Made by a program: the position numbers and the translations under genes. A model generated the notes under the pieces. The model saw nothing but the letters and a program-made list of their open reading frames with translations. It did no database searches and had not been told where the DNA came from. Positions 58,437-64,000 of a DNA stretch of 64,000 bases are shown here, piece by piece; within the stretch, counting starts at the first letter, position 1; each line of letters opens with the position of its first letter. The stretch is from Azolla caroliniana (taxonomy: Eukaryota; Plantae; Polypodiophyta): assembly GCA_043228905.1 (NCBI GenBank), contig JBHGNT010000003.1, positions 19,220,001 through 19,284,000 on the forward strand. Reading direction: 5' to 3'.

Positions 58437-61400
58437 TGTGAAAGTGTTTTTAGAATTCAAGGTATTGAAGTCTACAAGAATATAAGGTATGGTGCGTTCA
58501 CATCCGGAGGGCAAGATCACGAGCTAAGGTCTTGAGGATAAGTCAAACAAAAAGCAAGTCACGTGGAGAAAAGTAAAAGAAGAAAAAAGCGGGTACCAAA
58601 ATGCAGTCTACAACGAACGCTCATAACTCATTCGTTTGGAAGCCAAATATAATGTGTAAATATGGGTTAGAAAGCTTATGACGAGAGTTATCCGTAGCTT
58701 TTTAAAACTCTAAATTTGGAGCATGGATGAGGGAGATATGACGATTAGAAGATCGTTGTATCATAGCTAAGAATAGGAGATGGAAAAGCTGTAAAAAAAG
58801 CGTGGAAAAGAAAGCAAGCGAAACTTATCTACTAGAGGAGAACTTCATATAAAGCAAGAAGAGTGAGGTGGTGAAAAGAAGCCTTTTTCTTGTGGGGTTT
58901 TTCTTGCCTATTCATGTAGTGCGTTTTTTCTAGTGATCAATTCATCCTTGTAGGCTTGAGTTTATGTATCTTCTTTCTCTTGTTTCTATGATCATCACTC
59001 CTTATTAATATATCTTTGTAGATTTGGGTTTCTATATCTTCCTTCTCTCTCTTTTCTATCATCATCTCTCTTTTCATTTTGGCGCTCCAGGGAGGGTCGA
59101 TCCTTTCTGTATAACGGGAGGAACGGTTGTCCACTAATTGATGGTTGTATCTACCGATTCATCATCAAACTAATGGCAAGATATGGAGTTCGCGATGCGA
59201 CAGATCTACGAAGAGAACTTTTCCAATTGCGTATGGTTTCACCAATGTGCTACCTCGAGTATGAGAAGACGTTTTTGGATATATGGTCCACTTGGATTGG
59301 ACTTGTTGGAGGCGTTGAAGATGTATACTTCAAGATGGAAAGATTCAAAGCAGGGCTAGATCCATATTTTCAATATGAAGTGCATATGAAGTACCCAAGG
59401 TCTTTCCATGATTTGCTTCGAGTATGTCAAAGTTATGATCAACAATTGAAGAAATTGTTATTCGGTGAAGCATATGGATTATCGGCGTCATATACCATAA
59501 ATCCAAGCTATAATAATTGTGGATCGGTCATGAGCCAACAACCAGCCTACTTGCAATGTCCGATTCAACAGGTTCCCTCATATCATTATTCTAATTTTTG
59601 GAGTTATAATGATGTCTATGAAGGTGATTCCAGAGACAATGAAGAAGAGGTGATGAATGTGGAGTCCCCCCATCTAGTTCATGAGGACAACCATGATATA
59701 AAGAATGATGATGTGAAAGACGAATCTAAGGAGATAGTTATGAGAAGCGATGTTATGGATGGTGATGCCAATGTACATCATGTTGAGGACATTATTGATA
59801 CAACAAGTGATATGGTGGTTGATGATGAATATGTGCAAGATGAAATGGAAGATATGACAAAAGAAGTTGTTGATGGTGAAGTACCCACAACGAAGTTGCA
59901 AGATGAAGAAGGTAACCTAGAAGTGATAGCTGGAGATTGGCTTTTGGAGATCAATGCGTGTAAGGAAGCATTGGTAAGTGCCAAGTTGCAGTGTATGAAG
60001 GTGTTCGTGCATGATTTATGTTTTGGATTTGCATTGAGTAGCAACAAAGTTATGTGGGCATCAACTCTTCAACAACAATTTGACCAAGAGCCAAGAGATT
60101 TACTTGTAATGCATGATTGGAGTATCATTAACTTATCACCATCAAAGGATCCACCACAACTAATCAAATGTATAAAGGAGAAGGAATCATCTATCGACAT
60201 TGGCAAGCAAGAAGAGGAAAGCATAACAATTGATGAATATTCGTGGGATAGGGAAAACAAATCATTCCACATGGTGTCTAAGGAGGAAGAAGAAGTCATT
60301 GAAGAGAAAAGTATTATCACCCTAAAGGGGAAAAAGAAGATGATTTCAAACGATGTCCAAGGAGAAGAGGATCTAAGGTTTATTTCTCTCTTTTTTAAGT
60401 TTACAAAGTTATTCATAAATGAGTATTCACAGATAAGAGTAGAAGGCATCAAGCACCACATCAAGTTGGAGAATTTGAAGTTTGTCTCACTTATTGTGGT
60501 TGTTCCAAAGGAGAAAGACGTCAACTTCCAATCCTTGAATGATTCAACCAAACGAGATTTATTTTTGCTTCCTTTTCGAGATGAGATTCTAGATGAAATG
60601 GTCATACATAAAAAACAAGGTAATGTGGAGAATGTGGTGTGCCAAGAAGAAAGTCATGTTGATGAAGCAAAGATTGACATAATTCAAAATATGACAATTC
60701 TGACAAGTCTCGAAGCTTTGAAGGTATTTGTACAAAAGGTTCGCTCGCTCGAAAGATTTATTCATATGTTAACATGCTTACTTCTATCAAGAGTTATGTA
60801 TCACATAGACCTACTTCTGTTTGGAAAGTTGATGAAGATATACTAATTGTTGTAACCTCTTTCTTTGTGTTGACAAGGAGAAAGATGGTGATGGCAATTG
60901 TCAATGTGTATGTGTGTGTGTTTAGAAGTGTGAGGTTTTTCCTATCGACTAGCGGGGGTTTTACTCACATAGTTTGTTTCTTTTCTATTTATTTTCTCCT
61001 TCTTTGTCTATAGCCATGAATAAGGCGAAGGAGAACCTTTAGTTTTATTAGTAGCTTAGGGTTCACCATAAATGGTTCACAAAAAAGCAAGGGGGAGGGC
61101 TAAATGTGAAAGTGTTTTTAGAATTCAAGGTATTGAAGTCTACAAGAATATAAGGTATGGTGCGTTCACATCCGGAGGGCAAGATCACGAGCTAAGGTCT
61201 TGAGGATAAGTCAAACAAAAAGCAAGTCACGTGGAGAAAAGTAAAAGAAGAAAAAAGCGGGTACCAAAATGCAGTCTACAACGAACGCTCATAACTCATT
61301 CGTTTGGAAGCCAAATATAATGTGTAAATATGGGTTAGAAAGCTTATGACGAGAGTTATCCGTAGCTTTTTAAAACTCTAAATTTGGAGCATGGATGAGG

Positions 61401-61744
61401 GAGATATGACGATTAGAAGATCGTTGTATCATAGCTAAGAATAGGAGATGGAAAAGCTGTAAAAAAAGCGTGGAAAAGAAAGCAAGCGAAACTTATCTAC
61501 TAGAGGAGAACTTCATATAAAGCAAGAAGAGTGAGGTGGTGAAAAGAAGCCTTTTTCTTGTGGGGTTTTTCTTGCCTATTCATGTAGTGCGTTTTTTCTA
61601 GTGATCAATTCATCCTTGTAGGCTTGAGTTTATGTATCTTCTTTCTCTTGTTTCTATGATCATCACTCCTTATTAATATATCTTTGTAGATTTGGGTTTC
61701 TATATCTTCCTTCTCTCTCTTTTCTATCATCATCTCTCTTTTCA
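58437..61744 (+). mobile_element. Young non-autonomous gypsy-derived LTR element (TR-GAG-like)
   Basis: 640-bp LTRs at 58437-59076 and 61105-61744, identical by eye; TSD ACAAG; PBS TGGCGCTCCAGGGAGGGT 59080-59097; PPT AAGGGGGAGGG before 61105. Confidence 0.95.
59173..60846 (+). CDS. 557-aa ORF: Gag-like N-terminus, acidic linker, collapsed RT remnants
   Basis: LFQLRM..YEKTF..ERFKAGL..YPRSFHD (gag capsid-like). FVSLIVVVPK, VNFQSLNDSTKRDLFLLPFRDEILD and VDEAKIDII are RT-like pieces; there is no YxDD. Confidence 0.75.
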   Translation: MARYGVRDATDLRRELFQLRMVSPMCYLEYEKTFLDIWSTWIGLVGGVEDVYFKMERFKAGLDPYFQYEVHMKYPRSFHDLLRVCQSYDQQLKKLLFGEAYGLSASYTINPSYNNCGSVMSQQPAYLQCPIQQVPSYHYSNFWSYNDVYEGDSRDNEEEVMNVESPHLVHEDNHDIKNDDVKDESKEIVMRSDVMDGDANVHHVEDIIDTTSDMVVDDEYVQDEMEDMTKEVVDGEVPTTKLQDEEGNLEVIAGDWLLEINACKEALVSAKLQCMKVFVHDLCFGFALSSNKVMWASTLQQQFDQEPRDLLVMHDWSIINLSPSKDPPQLIKCIKEKESSIDIGKQEEESITIDEYSWDRENKSFHMVSKEEEEVIEEKSIITLKGKKKMISNDVQGEEDLRFISLFFKFTKLFINEYSQIRVEGIKHHIKLENLKFVSLIVVVPKEKDVNFQSLNDSTKRDLFLLPFRDEILDEMVIHKKQGNVENVVCQEESHVDEAKIDIIQNMTILTSLEALKVFVQKVRSLERFIHMLTCLLLSRVMYHIDLLLFGKLMKIY

Positions 61745-64000
61745 ACAAGGAGAATATGATAAATGAAAATGTAGCATTACAAGGAGTCACAATCGACTTA
61801 GTATGAAGTATGAGGAGGGAGTCGCCCTCTCTCTTCATTAACATACAACAACCACTCTCTCTCTTGGGGAATGTGAAGACTCATTGTCATAGGGAATATG
61901 TAACTCATTAGTTATGTGTCATAAAATACGATTCTATGACACATAGTTAATGTGTAGAGAGTAGTGGTGTGACTCTTGACCTTTGAGTAATCATAGATTC
62001 TCAAAAGGTGTGTTCACACGTTGTGTTATGTTGAGCTTGATTCTCAACAGCGATAATAACAATGCCAACACCAACTCAACAATAGTCGAGTACCTTCCTT
62101 CCAACCAAGTATCAAGAATTCCAAGATGTCTTCAGTAAAGACAAAGCTGTTAGACTCCCACAACATCGACCTTACGATTGTCCTATTGATCTTCAACCAG
62201 GAAAGATTCGCCGTGGGGACCAATTTATAGTTTATCACCTGCAAAGCTCAAGGTTCTTCACGACTGTATTGATGAAATTTTGGCTACTGGATTTATTCAT
62301 CATTCCAAATCTCATGTTGGCGCACCAATATTTTTTGTCAAGAAGAAAGATGGATCGCTTCGTTTGGTCGTAGATTATCAAGGATTAAACAAAATCACAA
62401 TTCGAAACAAGTATGCCTTACCTTTAATACCAACACTTTTGGAGTGGTTGAGTGGAGCCAAATACTTTACAAAGATCGATCTTAGAGGTGTTTATAATCT
62501 AGTTCAAATTCATTCGGGTGATGAATGGAAAACTACATTTCGCACTCGATATGGGCATTTTGAGTATACGGTTATGCCTTTCCGTCTCACAAATGCTCCA
62601 GCGGTTTTTCAGCATATGGCCAATGATATTTTCTGAGACTTCTTAGATATATTCACCATCATTTATTTTGGACAATATCTTGATATTTTCCAAGACTCAA
62701 GAAGAGCATGATGAGCATGTATGCTAAGTTCTACAACGATTACAAGGATATGGTCTTTATGCTAAACTCAAGAAATGTAGTTTTGATCTCAACCAAGTGG
62801 AATTCCTAGGTATATAGTATCACCAGAAGGAATATCTATGGATTTAGCAAAGGTGCAAACAATTCTAGAGTGGGAAACATCACAAGTTGTGCGTGATGTC
62901 TGGTGTTTCTTGGGATTTGCAAATTTTTACCACAAATTCATCAGGAACTACTCAAAGAAGGTTCTGCCTCTTACACAAATTAACACATAAAAAACAACCA
63001 TTCATATGGAATTCTAGTGCGGCTGAGGCATTCGAAAGCTTAAAATGTGCGTTCACATCAGCTTCTATTTTGATCCATGCTGACCAAGACAACCCTTTTA
63101 TTTTGGACGCTGATGCATCAGATTTTGCACTTAGGAGTGTCCTCTCACAACCCAAAGAAAACAGGCTATTATATCCAGTTTCATTTCATTCGCGAAAACT
63201 TGATGTTGCGGAAATTAATTATGAAATTCATGACAATGACCTTTTGGCTATTGTAGACTCTTTCGAACATTGGCACCATAAATCATTGTCTATAATTATC
63301 ACAAGAACCTAACATTTTCCAGAATGCTCATGCCTTAAATCATCGATAGGCTCGTTAGGCACAATTTCTTACACGCTTTGATTTCTTGATCATGTATTAG
63401 CCCGCAATACACCAAGGAAAGGCATATGTGCTATCTCGGCATTCCTACATTGCACCCTATTTAGGGAAACCTACTTTTGATCATCAAAAGCAGATCCTCC
63501 TTGGTCCTAATCGTTTACAAGTGATGGCCGCTAATCCTTTTAAGACGCCCACAAACTCAATACTTATTAGTACGATTTGTATTGACCTTGAAGCAGACGA
63601 ATTTGCACAAGATTTCTTGAATCATATCATTCCAGATCATGCTTCTTGTTCAAGATCTGTGAATTCTCGTAAAGACTATAATCAGTTCAGTTAGCATGAT
63701 AATTTACTATTTGGAAATAATTTACTTTATGTCCTTGATGGTCGTTCTCGACTTCTTATTTTACAACACTACCATTTTCAAAACCAAGATTAAAAGATAA
63801 AGTGATGGAAGACGGATATAGGAGAACACGAGAAGAAAAGGGACGAAATGATAAGAGAATAATGGGAGAATAATGGGAGTATCTCCCCTTCGAGAATGAC
63901 GAGTGAAAGTTGGCGTTGACAATGTAGGGCCCGGTTTGTTTGGATAGCGGCAATGGAAGTCATCGACAAGAGCTTGAGCATTAGAAACATTATTGATGGG

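Larger units (their letters stand above)
53321..62049 (-). mobile_element. Ty1/copia element D, both LTRs present, ORFs decayed
   Basis: 3' LTR 53321-53764; 5' LTR 58295-58436 plus 61745-62049; TSD GCGAT; PBS TGGTATTAGAGC 58294-58283; gag 57460-58127, IN ~55895-56740, RT/RH ~53950-55390. Confidence 0.94.
52770..63775 (+). mobile_element. Degenerate Tcn1-like gypsy, copy c (52770-53320 and 62050-63775), split by copia D
   Basis: PR at 52872-53168; RT 62280-62636 ([26 protein letters not shown]); RH DADASD; rejoins across TSD GCGAT. Confidence 0.88.

Noticed and set aside
63776-64000. Abrupt change of sequence at the window end, possibly a new insertion
   Set aside because: Too short and cut by the window edge to classify.

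Overview
Eukaryotic, transposon-dense land-plant DNA. A non-seed plant is inferred from the Tcn1-like chromoviruses, fungal-type Ylt1-like gypsy elements and RTE-X-like LINEs; the species cannot be fixed from sequence alone. One host gene is recognisable: a 3-exon CBP1/MEE14-like gene at 40482-42027 with a probable GC-AG intron. The rest is mostly nested retroelements. (i) LINEs: a two-ORF LINE at 1-3700, a second family (B) whose copies end in or sit within (TC)n microsatellites, and an L1 fragment. (ii) Nest 1: a decayed Ylt1-like gypsy (12456-33715) interrupted by copia A (14975-27295, TSD GAACC) and by an intact young copia C (27741-33264, TSD GCCAC). Copia A itself contains a chimeric Ylt1-like gypsy (17669-24280). 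(iii) Nest 2: a Tcn1-like gypsy interrupted by copia D (53321-62049, TSD GCGAT), whose 5' LTR holds a young non-autonomous LTR element (58437-61744, TSD ACAAG) with a single Gag-RT-remnant fusion ORF. Most notable signals: a covarying -1 frameshift signal between protease and RT, a heat-shock-element array in a chromovirus LTR, a (TC)n-associated LINE with a 3' stem-loop, an in-frame ~245-aa extension of copia Pol between duplicated PPTs, and a conserved hairpin enclosing the copia PPT. All comparisons were made by eye.
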